A DNA stretch of 64,000 nt from an uncultured Chloroflexia bacterium (lineage in GTDB: Bacteria; Chloroflexota; Limnocylindria; Limnocylindrales; CSP1-4), in the NCBI GenBank assembly GCA_963766735.1, contig CAVYBU010000006.1, positions 96,001 through 160,000 on the forward strand, given 5' to 3'. Shown here in pieces: positions 19,165 to 29,222 of the stretch. Positions within the stretch are counted from its first letter, which is position 1; every line of letters begins with the position of its first letter. The notes beneath the pieces are model-generated. The model ran no database searches and was not told the origin of the DNA. It saw only the letters and a list, made by a program, of their open reading frames with translations. The translations under genes were made by a program, and so were the position numbers.

Positions 19165-20475
19165 TCACGCGGGGTCCGGCGGCGCGGCCTCGCCGGCAGC
19201 GGCCGCCGCCTGCGCCTTCGCCATGTCCAGCCGGGCGAACTCGGGCATCGCGAGGGCGATCGCACCCAGGCCCAGCAGCGAGAGGACGCCGCCGGAGACG
19301 ACGGAGAACTGCGTCCCCATGACCGCCGCGACGGCGCTCGCCTCAGCGTCCCCGATCCGCGGCCCGCCCGTCACGACGAGGATGTGGATCGAGCTGACCC
19401 GGCCGCGCAGTGCGTCCGGGGTCACCAGCTGGACGATCGCGCTCCGCAGGATGGCGCTGAACACGTCGGCACCGGCGGCAATGGCGAGGAACAGCAGCGC
19501 GAGCGGGAAGCTGAACGTCGCGAGCCCGAAACCCACGATCCCCAGGCTCCAGACCGCCACCGCGATCAGCACCGCCCGTCCCGGCCGGCGAACGCTCGAC
19601 GTCCAGCCGCTGAAGATTGCCGCCAGGAACGCACCGAGACCGACGGCGGAGGACATGAAGCCCACCCCTGCGGGTCCCACGCGGAACACGTCGAGAGCCA
19701 GGGGCGCGAACAGCGAACGCGGGGACCCGAACACCATCGCGTTGATGTCGACGAGGATGGTTGCCAGAACCTCTCGCCGGCTGCGGGCATACCGCAATCC
19801 CTCCGTCACCGTCCGCAGGCTTGGCCGGGCGGCCCCAGCTGCGGGCGGGATGGGCGCGATCATCAGGACGGCGATGATCGCCGCCCCGTAGGTGACGAGA
19901 TCGATGAAGTAGGCGGCCCCGATGCCCGCCGTCGCCAGCACGATGCCACCGATCGCCGGCCCGATCACGGCCGCGCCGTTGAACACCAGCTGGTTCATCG
20001 AGATAGCCGCCGGGAGGCGCTCGGGGGGAACCAGCCGCGGGATGGCCGACGCACGCGCCGGCTGGTCCACGGCGCCGAGGCCGGCCGCGGCGAACGCAAC
20101 CGCGTAGAGCGCGAGGACCGGCGGCGCGGGCAACGTCGCCAGCAGGACCAGGGCGAGGCTCGTCGTCGCCAGCCCCAGCTGCGTGATGAGGAGCAGGCGG
20201 CGCCGGTCCACCGCATCGGCGACCGCGCCGCCACCCAGCGCGAACAGCATGATCGGGACCAGCTGGACCAGCGACAGCACGCCCAGGGACCACACGTCGG
20301 ACGTCAGGACGTAGATCTGGTAGGGCAGGACGACCGTCGTGATCATCCGGCCGGCAACGCTGATCGCCTGGCCGATCCACAGCATCCGGTAGTCGCGGTC
20401 GAGGCGGAGCGGCGCGGGATCGGCGAGCAGGCTCCCGATGCGGCGGGGCGGACGGGGCGGACGAGTGACCGTCAC
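19165..20475 (-). CDS. MFS transporter (EntS/DUF894-like)
   Basis: GGAVADAVDRRRLL motif A; about 12 TM; PDALRGRV. Confidence 0.9.
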   Translation of the reverse strand: MTVTRPPRPPRRIGSLLADPAPLRLDRDYRMLWIGQAISVAGRMITTVVLPYQIYVLTSDVWSLGVLSLVQLVPIMLFALGGGAVADAVDRRRLLLITQLGLATTSLALVLLATLPAPPVLALYAVAFAAAGLGAVDQPARASAIPRLVPPERLPAAISMNQLVFNGAAVIGPAIGGIVLATAGIGAAYFIDLVTYGAAIIAVLMIAPIPPAAGAARPSLRTVTEGLRYARSRREVLATILVDINAMVFGSPRSLFAPLALDVFRVGPAGVGFMSSAVGLGAFLAAIFSGWTSSVRRPGRAVLIAVAVWSLGIVGFGLATFSFPLALLFLAIAAGADVFSAILRSAIVQLVTPDALRGRVSSIHILVVTGGPRIGDAEASAVAAVMGTQFSVVSGGVLSLLGLGAIALAMPEFARLDMAKAQAAAAAGEAAPPDPA

Positions 20476-20635
20476 GGAGCCGCGTCGGAACCGACGAGGC
20501 TGCTGAGCACCATGTCGGACGTCCCTCCATCGCGAACCCGGCCGCGCTCCCGGGGGACCGCGCCGCTGGAGTCAAGTCTCCCCCCGCCGGCCGGTTCTCG
20601 CCCGCCGACCGGGCACGAGCCCGCAGCATGATTCG

Positions 20636-21334
20636 TCAGGCCAGCCGGCCCGCCGGGCGGAGCGTCTCGTAGCGGAGGTCTCCGCGCCGAAGGACAAAGG
20701 CGTCCAGCGCCAGGCCGTTGGGGTCCATCTCCGAGAACTCCTCGTTGATCCAGGCAACGAAGGCCCGGTCCACGTCCGCCGGCATCGAGATCAGGATGTC
20801 CCGCATCGGCGCGATCAGGCACTGGGGCGTCTCGCCGAAGATGCGCCGCAGCTCGTCCGGAACGAGGACCAGCGCGGATGCGCAGCCGACGCCCGACTGG
20901 AGCACGCGCACCGGGACGCCGTCCAGAGCCTGGCTCATCAGGTCCCGCGGCCGCACGCCCCGCAAACGGGCACGGAGGTTCTCCAGCGATGTCGCAACGA
21001 GGTCCGCCGGGCCGATGGGCCAGGACCCCAGCAGCGACTCCCCCACCACCAGGAACGCCGGCCCGATGTCGATCCCGAAACCCGTTGGGATCCCGGGCGG
21101 CAGCGTCACCCGGAACGGCTCGCCCGCCTGCGGCGGCATCGGCCTCCGGCGGGGCAGGATCGGGATGACGTTGGGGGCCATCACCTCCCAGTCCAGGTCC
21201 TGGGGCAGCTCGCCCATCGCGCGGAGGACCGCCTCCGGGGAGGCCTGTTCCATGCCGTCGCCGATGTCCACGGTGCGGTAGGTCTTGCCGGCCTTCCGCC
21301 GGCGCTTGGCGCGTCGCTTCTCGGTGTCGTTCAT
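20636..21334 (-). CDS. hypothetical protein (weak resemblance to DUF1444-like proteins)
   Basis: 232-aa ORF with normal amino-acid composition; CATCCT 7 nt upstream of ATG; IAPMRDILI segment. Confidence 0.7.
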   Translation of the reverse strand: MNDTEKRRAKRRRKAGKTYRTVDIGDGMEQASPEAVLRAMGELPQDLDWEVMAPNVIPILPRRRPMPPQAGEPFRVTLPPGIPTGFGIDIGPAFLVVGESLLGSWPIGPADLVATSLENLRARLRGVRPRDLMSQALDGVPVRVLQSGVGCASALVLVPDELRRIFGETPQCLIAPMRDILISMPADVDRAFVAWINEEFSEMDPNGLALDAFVLRRGDLRYETLRPAGRLA

Positions 21335-21483
21335 GCGGCGCAGGATGACGATGGGGGCTTATCTCACGCCGCACCCGGACTTCATCCCCGCTTATCTGTC
21401 GACAGCAGGCGAGACCGGCTCTCGCGATCGACTACCCTCCCGGTGCCGGGGCGATCGCTCCGGTCTGTTCGAGGTGTCACCCG

Positions 21484-22518
21484 GTGGAGCCCAACGTCGT
21501 CCTGCCGTTCCTGAGCTCGACGCTCAGCTTCGTGTTCGCGCTGTTCCTGCTGGACCAGTGGCTCGAGCGGCGGCGCCCATACCAGCTGATCTGGACCTTC
21601 GGCATGGTCTGGTACGGGATCTCGGCCGGAACCGAGTTCTGGGGTGGCGCCTTCGGCTGGAGCGAACCGCTCTACCGCGCCTGGTACCTCATCGGGGCGT
21701 TCTACGTGGCGGCCTGGCTGGGCCTCGGGACCATGTACCTCCTGGGCAAGACGCGGTTCGGGTACGGCGCCGCAATCAGCATCCTGTTTGCCGCGCCGAT
21801 CATGCTGGCCTCGCAGGCGAGGCACCAGTACACGGATACCGGCGTCATCCCGGTCGTGGCGTTCGGCATCGCCGTGCTCGGGGGCCTGCTGATCATCGTC
21901 GAGACCTATCGCGCCAAGGGCACCTGGGCACGCGTCGCCGGCATCCTGATCGTGGGCGGCTCCATCGCGGTCGCCCCTCTGGTCGCCTTCGTGCCCCTGG
22001 CGGCTCCCGGGTACCTGGTCGACGCCAACGGCATTCCGGTCGGCGACCTGATGCCGGGTGCCGTCCGCCTGCTGACGCCGCTGTTCAACATCACCGGGGC
22101 CTTCGCGCTGGCCCTGGGCGCCCTGTACAGCACGTACATGTTCATGCCCAAGAAGCGCCTGGTCCGGTACGACCTGGCGCGCTCCCAGGGTCTTGGACGG
22201 TTCCTCGTCAACCTCGTCATCGCGCCGATCGCGATCACGGTCAACCTGATTGTCTCGATCCCCGGGACCGTCCTCGCCCTGTTCAAGGGCAAGCTCAACA
22301 GCCGCGTCCCGGCCACGATCCTGTTGGCCGTCGGCGCCTTCATCCCATCGGTGACCTCGGGGCTGTCACGGTTCGGCATCACTGAGACGTTCTTCCTGGG
22401 CGAGCTCCTGGGCGTGGTGTTCCTGTTCGCCGGCACACTGGTCTCGGTGGAGGTGTTCCGCGAGTTCCGGGTCCCGTTCACGCACCGCGTTCTCTACGCG
22501 CGGAGCGAGGCCGAGTAG
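21484..22518 (+). CDS. multi-pass membrane protein of unknown function (paralog A)
   Basis: GAGGT RBS; collinear with the 43771-44817 product (LLDQW, LYRAWYL, FMPKKR, SRVPATIL, EVFREFR). Confidence 0.88.
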   Translation: MEPNVVLPFLSSTLSFVFALFLLDQWLERRRPYQLIWTFGMVWYGISAGTEFWGGAFGWSEPLYRAWYLIGAFYVAAWLGLGTMYLLGKTRFGYGAAISILFAAPIMLASQARHQYTDTGVIPVVAFGIAVLGGLLIIVETYRAKGTWARVAGILIVGGSIAVAPLVAFVPLAAPGYLVDANGIPVGDLMPGAVRLLTPLFNITGAFALALGALYSTYMFMPKKRLVRYDLARSQGLGRFLVNLVIAPIAITVNLIVSIPGTVLALFKGKLNSRVPATILLAVGAFIPSVTSGLSRFGITETFFLGELLGVVFLFAGTLVSVEVFREFRVPFTHRVLYARSEAE

Positions 22519-22549
22519 GGCGGGACCGTTCGGCGGACTCACCACAGCC

Positions 22550-23398
22550 TCAGGTCCTGACGACCTCCACCCCGCGCACCGGCGGCAAGGCGTCCGCGCG
22601 CCGGTTGGCGAGGACCGGGATCTGGCGCCGCGCAGCCGCCACGCGTGACAGGTCCAGCTCGGCGCGCACGATCGCCTCGTCCATGCCCGCCTGTGCGACG
22701 ACGCTCCCCCACGGATCCACGATCATCGAGTGGCCCCAGGCGGCGATCGCTCCCGGTCCACCGGCGCCGCATCCGGCCGCCGCGAGGACGTAGGAGCCAT
22801 TCTCGATCGCACGCGCGCGAACCAGCACCTCCCAGTGGTCACGCCCGGTCCGTTCGGTGAACACCGCCGGCACTGCCAGCACCTCCGCGCCGGCCAGGGA
22901 GAGCGCCCGGTACAGCTCCGGGAACCGCAGGTCGTAGCAGATCGACAGCCCCAGGCCCGTCCCCTCGACGGCTGCGACCACGGCCACGTCGCCCGGGGTC
23001 ACCCGCGCCGACTCCAGGTCGGACGGACCGTCGTCCACCGAGGCGTCGAACAGGTGGAGCTTGCGATAGCGGGCGACGAGCTCACCCGAACGGTCGAACA
23101 GGACGGCCGTGTTGAAGGGCCGCGCGGGATCCCCCGAAGCCTCTGCGTGGCTTCCCGCCAGGACCCAGCAGCCGTGCTCGCGGGCAACGGCTGCGAGGGG
23201 TGCGGTCGTCGGGCCGGGTACCGCGCGCGCCGACGCCCGGTATCCCTTCGCAGACCCGCGGAACTGCACGTACTCGGGCAGCACGACCAGGTCCGAGCCC
23301 ACGGCGGCCTCCGCCGCCAGGGCGGCCGCGCGGGCGATGTTCGCTTCAACATCATCGCGCGCCTCGAACTGGACCAGGGCAACCCGCATCGTCTGCAT
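22550..23398 (-). CDS. carbon-nitrogen hydrolase (Nit1-like amidase)
   Basis: E-K-C triad: LPEY, YRKLHLFD, ICYDLRFPE; RARAIEN; GHSMIVDPWG. Confidence 0.92.
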   Translation of the reverse strand: MQTMRVALVQFEARDDVEANIARAAALAAEAAVGSDLVVLPEYVQFRGSAKGYRASARAVPGPTTAPLAAVAREHGCWVLAGSHAEASGDPARPFNTAVLFDRSGELVARYRKLHLFDASVDDGPSDLESARVTPGDVAVVAAVEGTGLGLSICYDLRFPELYRALSLAGAEVLAVPAVFTERTGRDHWEVLVRARAIENGSYVLAAAGCGAGGPGAIAAWGHSMIVDPWGSVVAQAGMDEAIVRAELDLSRVAAARRQIPVLANRRADALPPVRGVEVVRT

Positions 23399-23487
23399 GC
23401 GGGAATGGTACGGCCGTCGCACCGGCCCAGGCCGGGCCAACCACGTGGCCGGACCCCAGACTTGCCGCGGCGTGCGAGCATCTGCCC

Positions 23488-24960
23488 ATGCCACCCCGGA
23501 AGGAGATCCTGGAGATCGGCGGCCGCGAGGTCGCGGTCAGCAACCCCGACAAGGTGTACTTCCCCGGCCCCGGGTACACGAAGCTGGACGTCGTCCGCTA
23601 CTTCATCGCCGTCGCTGACGGGGCTCTCGCCGGCGTCCGCGGCAGGCCGATGGCGCTCAAACGCTTCGTGGACGGCATCGAGAAGGAGCCGTTCTTCCAG
23701 AAGCGGGCCCCCGAGAACCGCCCGGAGTGGATGCGCGTCGCCACGCTCAGCTTCCCGTCCGGGAGAACTGCCGACGAGATCGTCATCGACGAGGTCGCCG
23801 GGCTGGCGTGGGTCGCCAATCTCGGCTGCATCGATCTCAACCCGCACCCTGTCCGCGCCGACGACCTCGACCACCCCGACGAGTTGCGGGTTGACCTGGA
23901 CCCGGTGCCCGGGGTGCCCTGGTCGCAGATCCGCGAGGTCGCGCTGGTCGTCCGGGAATCGCTGGAGTCGGTGGGGCTCACCGGCTGGCCCAAGACCTCC
24001 GGGTCTCGCGGCATCCACGTCAACGTCCGGATCGAGCGGCGATGGACCTTTCCGCAGGTCCGGCGGGCGGCCCTGGCCCTGGCAAGGGACGTGGAGCGGA
24101 GGGCGCCGTCGATTGCTACCAGCCGGTGGTGGAAGGAGGAGCGCCATGGCGTGTTCCTCGACTACAACCAGAACGCGAAGGACCGGACCGTCGCCTCCGC
24201 CTACTCGATCCGGCCGCTCCCCGATGGACGGGTGTCATTCCCGCTGCGCTGGGACGAGGTGGCCGAGGTGGTGGCCGAGGACTTCACGCTGGCGACGGTA
24301 CCGGCCATCTATGCCGCGCGAGGTGATGCCGGCGCCGGGATCGATGCTGCCGTGGGCTCCCTGGACGCACTGCTGGAGCTGTCCGCCCGCCACGAGGGCG
24401 ACGGCCAGGGGGATGCCCCGTGGCCGCCCAACTACGCCAAGCAGGAGGGCGAACCGCCGCGGGTCCAGCCGTCCCGCAAGCGCCGTGCGGATACCGAGTA
24501 CCGGGGCCGGGGCATCGACGGCGGGCCGCCGCCGGAGGTCGCCGAGGCGCGTGCGGCGGCGGTCGCCGCGGGCGATGCCAACGCCGGCCTGCCGACCGGG
24601 TGGGAGGGCTCGCGTCCCTCGCCGACCGGACGACGCCGATCCAGCATCCCGGTCATCGAGATCGGGCGAGCGCCCACGAAGGCCGAGGTGTACGACGGGC
24701 TCGAGCGCTGGAAGGGGCGTCATCCCGAGGCAGCCACCCACCTGCAGCCCGCGGACGTGATCGAGACGGCCATGCGAGGCCGCGCGTACGCCTGGTACCG
24801 TCTGCGGCTCAACCTGGTCCACGTCCCCGAGGGTCTCCGGCCCGGGCAGGAACCGCTCGATCCAGACGCCCAGCCGGACGACTGGGCGAACGTCGCGGAC
24901 GAGGAGCGGGCTGCATGGATGGCGGGTCGGCCACCACGCGACCGAGACCCGGAGACCTGA
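23488..24960 (+). CDS. LigD-type primase-polymerase domain protein (Prim-PolC-like) with C-terminal extension
   Basis: SNPDKVYFP, FFQKR, PDELRVDLDP, KTSGSRGIH, FLDYNQNA, SAYSIR; PWPPNYAKQEGEPPRVQPS. Confidence 0.9.
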   Translation: MPPRKEILEIGGREVAVSNPDKVYFPGPGYTKLDVVRYFIAVADGALAGVRGRPMALKRFVDGIEKEPFFQKRAPENRPEWMRVATLSFPSGRTADEIVIDEVAGLAWVANLGCIDLNPHPVRADDLDHPDELRVDLDPVPGVPWSQIREVALVVRESLESVGLTGWPKTSGSRGIHVNVRIERRWTFPQVRRAALALARDVERRAPSIATSRWWKEERHGVFLDYNQNAKDRTVASAYSIRPLPDGRVSFPLRWDEVAEVVAEDFTLATVPAIYAARGDAGAGIDAAVGSLDALLELSARHEGDGQGDAPWPPNYAKQEGEPPRVQPSRKRRADTEYRGRGIDGGPPPEVAEARAAAVAAGDANAGLPTGWEGSRPSPTGRRRSSIPVIEIGRAPTKAEVYDGLERWKGRHPEAATHLQPADVIETAMRGRAYAWYRLRLNLVHVPEGLRPGQEPLDPDAQPDDWANVADEERAAWMAGRPPRDRDPET

Positions 24961-24977
24961 CGCGCAGGCGCCCGGCC

Positions 24978-26387
24978 CTAGTCCAGGTCCTCGTTGATCC
25001 CCTGGTCGCCTGCGAGGGGAGCCAGGCCCTGCAGCGACCGGAGCCGGTTCACGCGATCGATGGTCCGCGGGTGCGTCGCAAAGATCCGGGAGGCCCGCCG
25101 CTCGGTTGCCCGGATCGGGTTGACGAACCAGATCGGCGCGGTGGCGCGGTTGGCGGCCAACAGCACCTCGCTCGTGCTCGCCGCTGCGAGCAGCGCGCTC
25201 TCGAGGGCCGCCGGGTTGCGACCCAGCTCGACGGCCGTCGCGTCGGCCAGGTACTCACGCTCGCGCGACACGGAGACCTGGGTTAGCCGGGCGAACAGCG
25301 GCGCGATGGCGTTGAGCACGGTGGCAACGAGCAGAAGCACGAGCACGAAGATGATGATCGCCAGGATGACCGCAATGGCCGAGCCTGAGCCATCGCCACC
25401 GCCTCCACCGCCGCCGCCTCCCCCGCCGCTGCTTCCGCCGCCGCCGCTTCCGCCGCCGCCTCCCCCGCCGCTGCTTCCGCCGCCGCCCCAGCTGCCGAAG
25501 CCCCAGGAGCCGCCGCTGCCCCCACCGCCGGCGGTGTCGACGATCAGCCGGGGCACCCGCAGCGGGAACGTGACGACCCGGAAGAACCCGTCCGCGATGA
25601 GCACGACGAGGCCCACCCCGATGGCGACGACCAGGCTGTACCGGCTGTCGTAGTTGCGGATGTGCGAGAGCTCGTGGGCAACGACGCCCTGCAACTGCTC
25701 GCGGTCCAGTGCCCGGAGCAGGCCGCGGGTCACGACGATCACCGCGTGCGTGGGATCGCGGCCCGCCGCGAACGCGTTCGGCGCCGCCTCCTCGATCACG
25801 TACGCGCCCGGGGCGGGTATGCCCGCTGCCAGCGAGAGCTCCCGCACGACATCGAGGAACCGCGCATCCAGCGGGGAGCCCGGCTCGGTTGGCCGGGCGC
25901 TCGACATCCGCAGCAGGGCCCGATCCCCCAGCCTGAATGACGCGACCGCCGACGCCACGCCCGCGGCGATCGCCCCACCGGCGACCGCAAGCCCGACAGA
26001 GGTCCGCAGCGACACGACGATCGCCACGATGTAGGCGGTGAGAGCAAGCGTGACGACGATCGCCGCGGACAGGAACAGGCTGTTGCGCCGGTTCTCGGCA
26101 GCCTGGGACCAGAAGGTGGAGCCAGGAGGCGAGATCCGGTGCCAGGCGACCGGCACGGCAACCAGCAGGACCAGCGCCAGCACCATGACCAGCGGCGGCT
26201 CCCAGGGCGTGATCCCGAGCGGCCCTGACCGGAAGGTGAACGGGAGGTTCCCGTACTCGGCAACGTAGTAGATGACCAGGCCCGTGATGGCCGGCACCAG
26301 CACGAGGATCGCGACGAACGCGAGCGCGATCCGCCCGTAGTCCGCATCACCGACTCCGGACGCGATGCCCGATCGGGAGCGGCTCAC
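24978..26387 (-). CDS. M48 family (HtpX-like) zinc metalloprotease with Gly-rich insertion; start approximate
   Basis: PNAFAAG, HELSH, SREREYLADA, FATHP. Confidence 0.87.
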   Translation of the reverse strand: MSRSRSGIASGVGDADYGRIALAFVAILVLVPAITGLVIYYVAEYGNLPFTFRSGPLGITPWEPPLVMVLALVLLVAVPVAWHRISPPGSTFWSQAAENRRNSLFLSAAIVVTLALTAYIVAIVVSLRTSVGLAVAGGAIAAGVASAVASFRLGDRALLRMSSARPTEPGSPLDARFLDVVRELSLAAGIPAPGAYVIEEAAPNAFAAGRDPTHAVIVVTRGLLRALDREQLQGVVAHELSHIRNYDSRYSLVVAIGVGLVVLIADGFFRVVTFPLRVPRLIVDTAGGGGSGGSWGFGSWGGGGSSGGGGGGGSGGGGSSGGGGGGGGGGGDGSGSAIAVILAIIIFVLVLLLVATVLNAIAPLFARLTQVSVSREREYLADATAVELGRNPAALESALLAAASTSEVLLAANRATAPIWFVNPIRATERRASRIFATHPRTIDRVNRLRSLQGLAPLAGDQGINEDLD

Positions 26388-26391
26388 GACA

Positions 26392-27483
26392 TCAGCCGCC
26401 GAAGATCCGGGACAGCTCGAACGGGACGCTGGTCTCAAGCTGGTCGTAGCGGCAGTCTGCGATCGGCTTGTCCGGGCGCCAGCGCCGGAACGTCGTCCCG
26501 TGGCGGAACCGGTCGCCCTGGAGGTGGTCGTACGCGACCTCGGCCACGCGCTCGGTGCGCAGCGGCTCCCACGAGAGGTCCTTGCCGCGGTTCCACCGGG
26601 ACCCCGCGCCCGGCATGCGCTGTCCGGGCACTTCGGCGGCAGCATCGAAGGCCGCCCAGGCCGCCCACTCAGCCCAGGGGTGCCCGTCCAGCGCCCCCTC
26701 GCGCAGCGGCGCCAGCTCCTCCACCAGGGCCGCCCGCCGCTCCCACGTGAACGAGGACGTGACGCCGGCGTGATGGAGCGTGCCCTCGTCGTCGAACAGG
26801 CCCAGCAGCAGCGAGCCGACGTGGGTCCCCGGCCCGTTCTTGTGCCACCGGAACCCGGCCACCACGCAGTCCGCCGTCCGCTCGTGCTTGATCTTCAGCA
26901 TCGCGCGCTTGCCGGGCTGGTACGCCCCGTCCAGGCGCTTCGCCATCACGCCGTCCAGGCCCGCGCCCTCGAACCGATCGAACCAGTCCGCCGCCAGCGC
27001 CCGGTCGAGCGTCGCCGGCGTGAGGTGGACGGGAGGCTGAGCGCCGCCCAGCACCGCCTCCAGCCGCGCCCTGCGCTCTCCCTGGGGCACGCCGCGGAGA
27101 TCCTCGTCACCCAGCGCCAGCAGGTCCCACGCGACGAACGATGCCGGCGACTCGGCCGCGAGCATCCGCACCCGCGATGCAGCCGGGTGGATCCGCAGCA
27201 GGAGCGCCTCGAAATCCAGCGCGCCGTCGCGCGCGATCACCACCTCGCCGTCCAGCACGCAGCGCTCTGGAAGCTGGGCGAGGAACGGTGCCTCGAGCTC
27301 GGGGAAGTAGCGGTCAAGGGGCTTCCGATCCCGGCTCTGCGTGAAGACCTGGTCGCCGTCCCGAAAGACGAGCGCCCGGAAACCATCCCACTTGGGCTCG
27401 AACAGCCAGCCGTCCCCCTCCGGGAGTGATGACGACGCCTTCGCCAGCATGGGCTCCAGCGGGGGCGGGAACGGGAGTGCCAT
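26392..27483 (-). CDS. ligC: ATP-dependent DNA ligase, LigC type
   Basis: PMLAK, EPKWDGFR, LDGEVV, LDGVMAK, GSLLLGLFD, DRFRHG, RWRPDK. Confidence 0.93.
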   Translation of the reverse strand: MALPFPPPLEPMLAKASSSLPEGDGWLFEPKWDGFRALVFRDGDQVFTQSRDRKPLDRYFPELEAPFLAQLPERCVLDGEVVIARDGALDFEALLLRIHPAASRVRMLAAESPASFVAWDLLALGDEDLRGVPQGERRARLEAVLGGAQPPVHLTPATLDRALAADWFDRFEGAGLDGVMAKRLDGAYQPGKRAMLKIKHERTADCVVAGFRWHKNGPGTHVGSLLLGLFDDEGTLHHAGVTSSFTWERRAALVEELAPLREGALDGHPWAEWAAWAAFDAAAEVPGQRMPGAGSRWNRGKDLSWEPLRTERVAEVAYDHLQGDRFRHGTTFRRWRPDKPIADCRYDQLETSVPFELSRIFGG

Positions 27484-27629
27484 GGCGCGAACGATACCCC
27501 GCACGGTGCGCCCGCAGCGAGGGCGAGGAACCGACGCGCCGCCGGCCGCGTCCTCGGCGCACGTCCCCCATCGCCAACGCGACATGCAACTGTCCGGCAC
27601 CAACCGGTGCCACCCGGAGGTGACATCAC

Positions 27630-28628
27630 ATGAGGATCCCGCAGCGGCAGGACCACAGCGTCCGCCTGGTTCTCGTCCTCGGTCTCGTGGCCGCGATCCT
27701 CCTCGCCGCGTGCGGCGGCAGCGCCTCGGCGCCGCTGGAGAACGTCGGCGCCCCGATCCCCGGTAGCGAACGAACCGGGCAGAGCCAGGGCGCCCCCGTC
27801 TCGCCCGAAGACGCCGCCCTCTCGCCCGATGAGCAGGGCCCCGCGACCGGGGGCACGGACGGGAACGGCAACCCGGCAAGCCCCCTGCGCGATGACCTCA
27901 AGATCGTCTACACGGGCGCCCTCCAGCTCGTCGTGGCGGACCTGCCGCAGGCCCTGGCCAAGGGGCGCGCGGCCGTCGCGGCGGTGGGTGGCTACATCGG
28001 CGCCTCGCAGGAGTCCAACACCGACGACCGCTCCGTCGCGACCATCACCTACCGCATCCCGGCGAGTCGCTGGGAAGAGGTCATCGCGGCCCTGCGCGGC
28101 CTCGCCACCGAGGTCGTGTTCGAGCAGACCCAGGCCACCGAGGTCGGCGGCCAGATCGTCGACGTAGAGGCCCGGCTCAGGAACCTCCGCGCCAGCGAGA
28201 GCTCGCTGGTCGAGATCGCGAAGGGCACCGGCAAGATCAGCGACCTGCTCCTGGTCGAGGAGCAGCTGACCCAGGTCCGGGGCCAGATCGAGCAGCTCGA
28301 CGCGCAGCGTGCCCAGCTGGAGGACCAGGTGGCCTACGGCACCCTGGTCACGACGTACGGCACCGAGGTCCTCGCCGTCCAGGAGACGGCGAAGGGCTGG
28401 GATCCGACCGGGGACGTGGACGGAGCCCTCGCGACGCTCATCGGCGTGGGCCAGGCGATCGTCAGCGGCGGCATCTGGTTCGCCATCGTGTGGCTGCCGC
28501 TGATCCTGGTGCTGCTCCTCCTGGCGCTCGTCATCCGGTTTGCCTACCGCCGGTACGGCCCGAAGCCGAAGCCGACGCAGCATGACCCGATCCCGGGCTG
28601 GGGCGGCAGCGGAGACGCCAGCGCCTGA
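27630..28628 (+). CDS. DUF4349 domain lipoprotein
   Basis: Lipobox LAAC; KIVYTG; DVEARL coiled coil; QVAYGTL; C-terminal TM. Confidence 0.87.
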   Translation: MRIPQRQDHSVRLVLVLGLVAAILLAACGGSASAPLENVGAPIPGSERTGQSQGAPVSPEDAALSPDEQGPATGGTDGNGNPASPLRDDLKIVYTGALQLVVADLPQALAKGRAAVAAVGGYIGASQESNTDDRSVATITYRIPASRWEEVIAALRGLATEVVFEQTQATEVGGQIVDVEARLRNLRASESSLVEIAKGTGKISDLLLVEEQLTQVRGQIEQLDAQRAQLEDQVAYGTLVTTYGTEVLAVQETAKGWDPTGDVDGALATLIGVGQAIVSGGIWFAIVWLPLILVLLLLALVIRFAYRRYGPKPKPTQHDPIPGWGGSGDASA

Positions 28629-28644
28629 AGCTGCGCAGGACGCG

Positions 28645-29046
28645 TCAGCGGGCGACGATCACCGTGACGTGGGCGTGCGCGGCGACGTGTTCGGAGACGC
28701 TGCCCTGGAGCGTCCTGGCCAGGGCGCCGAGGCCGCGGGTCCCGATCACGATCGTGTCGTACCCGCGCTCGTCGGCGATCCTCTCGATGGTCTTCGCGGG
28801 GTCACCCCCCGGCTCAAGCAGGTCGGCTTCGATGCCGGCATCCCGCAGCAGCCTGCGGGCCTCGAGCAACTCCTCTGCATGGACCGTGCGGTCGTCCCAC
28901 GGATCGATGGGTGCCCGACCGGCCCGGACCGGCACCACGCTGATCACGCCGACCGTGGCCTCGTAGAACCTTGCCAGCTCGACGGCCTGCTCCAGCGCGC
29001 GCTTCGCGGGCTCGCCCCCGTCATAGGCGAGCAGGATCTTCTTCAT
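28645..29046 (-). CDS. universal stress protein (single domain)
   Basis: KKILLAYDG, GTRG, GSVS. Confidence 0.9.
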   Translation of the reverse strand: MKKILLAYDGGEPAKRALEQAVELARFYEATVGVISVVPVRAGRAPIDPWDDRTVHAEELLEARRLLRDAGIEADLLEPGGDPAKTIERIADERGYDTIVIGTRGLGALARTLQGSVSEHVAAHAHVTVIVAR

Positions 29047-29222
29047 GGCCTCGACTCCCTTCCGGAGGCGCGCCGGCACTGGACGTTCTCTTGCCACGGC
29101 GGGTCTTCAACAGCGAAGCATGGATGCCGCGAGGGGCGACGCCCAGCGGCCCATGGCCGGGCGCGCCGTGCCGAAGGGCACGATTCGGTCATGGCTCGAA
29201 CCGGTCTGGCACCATGTCCGGC

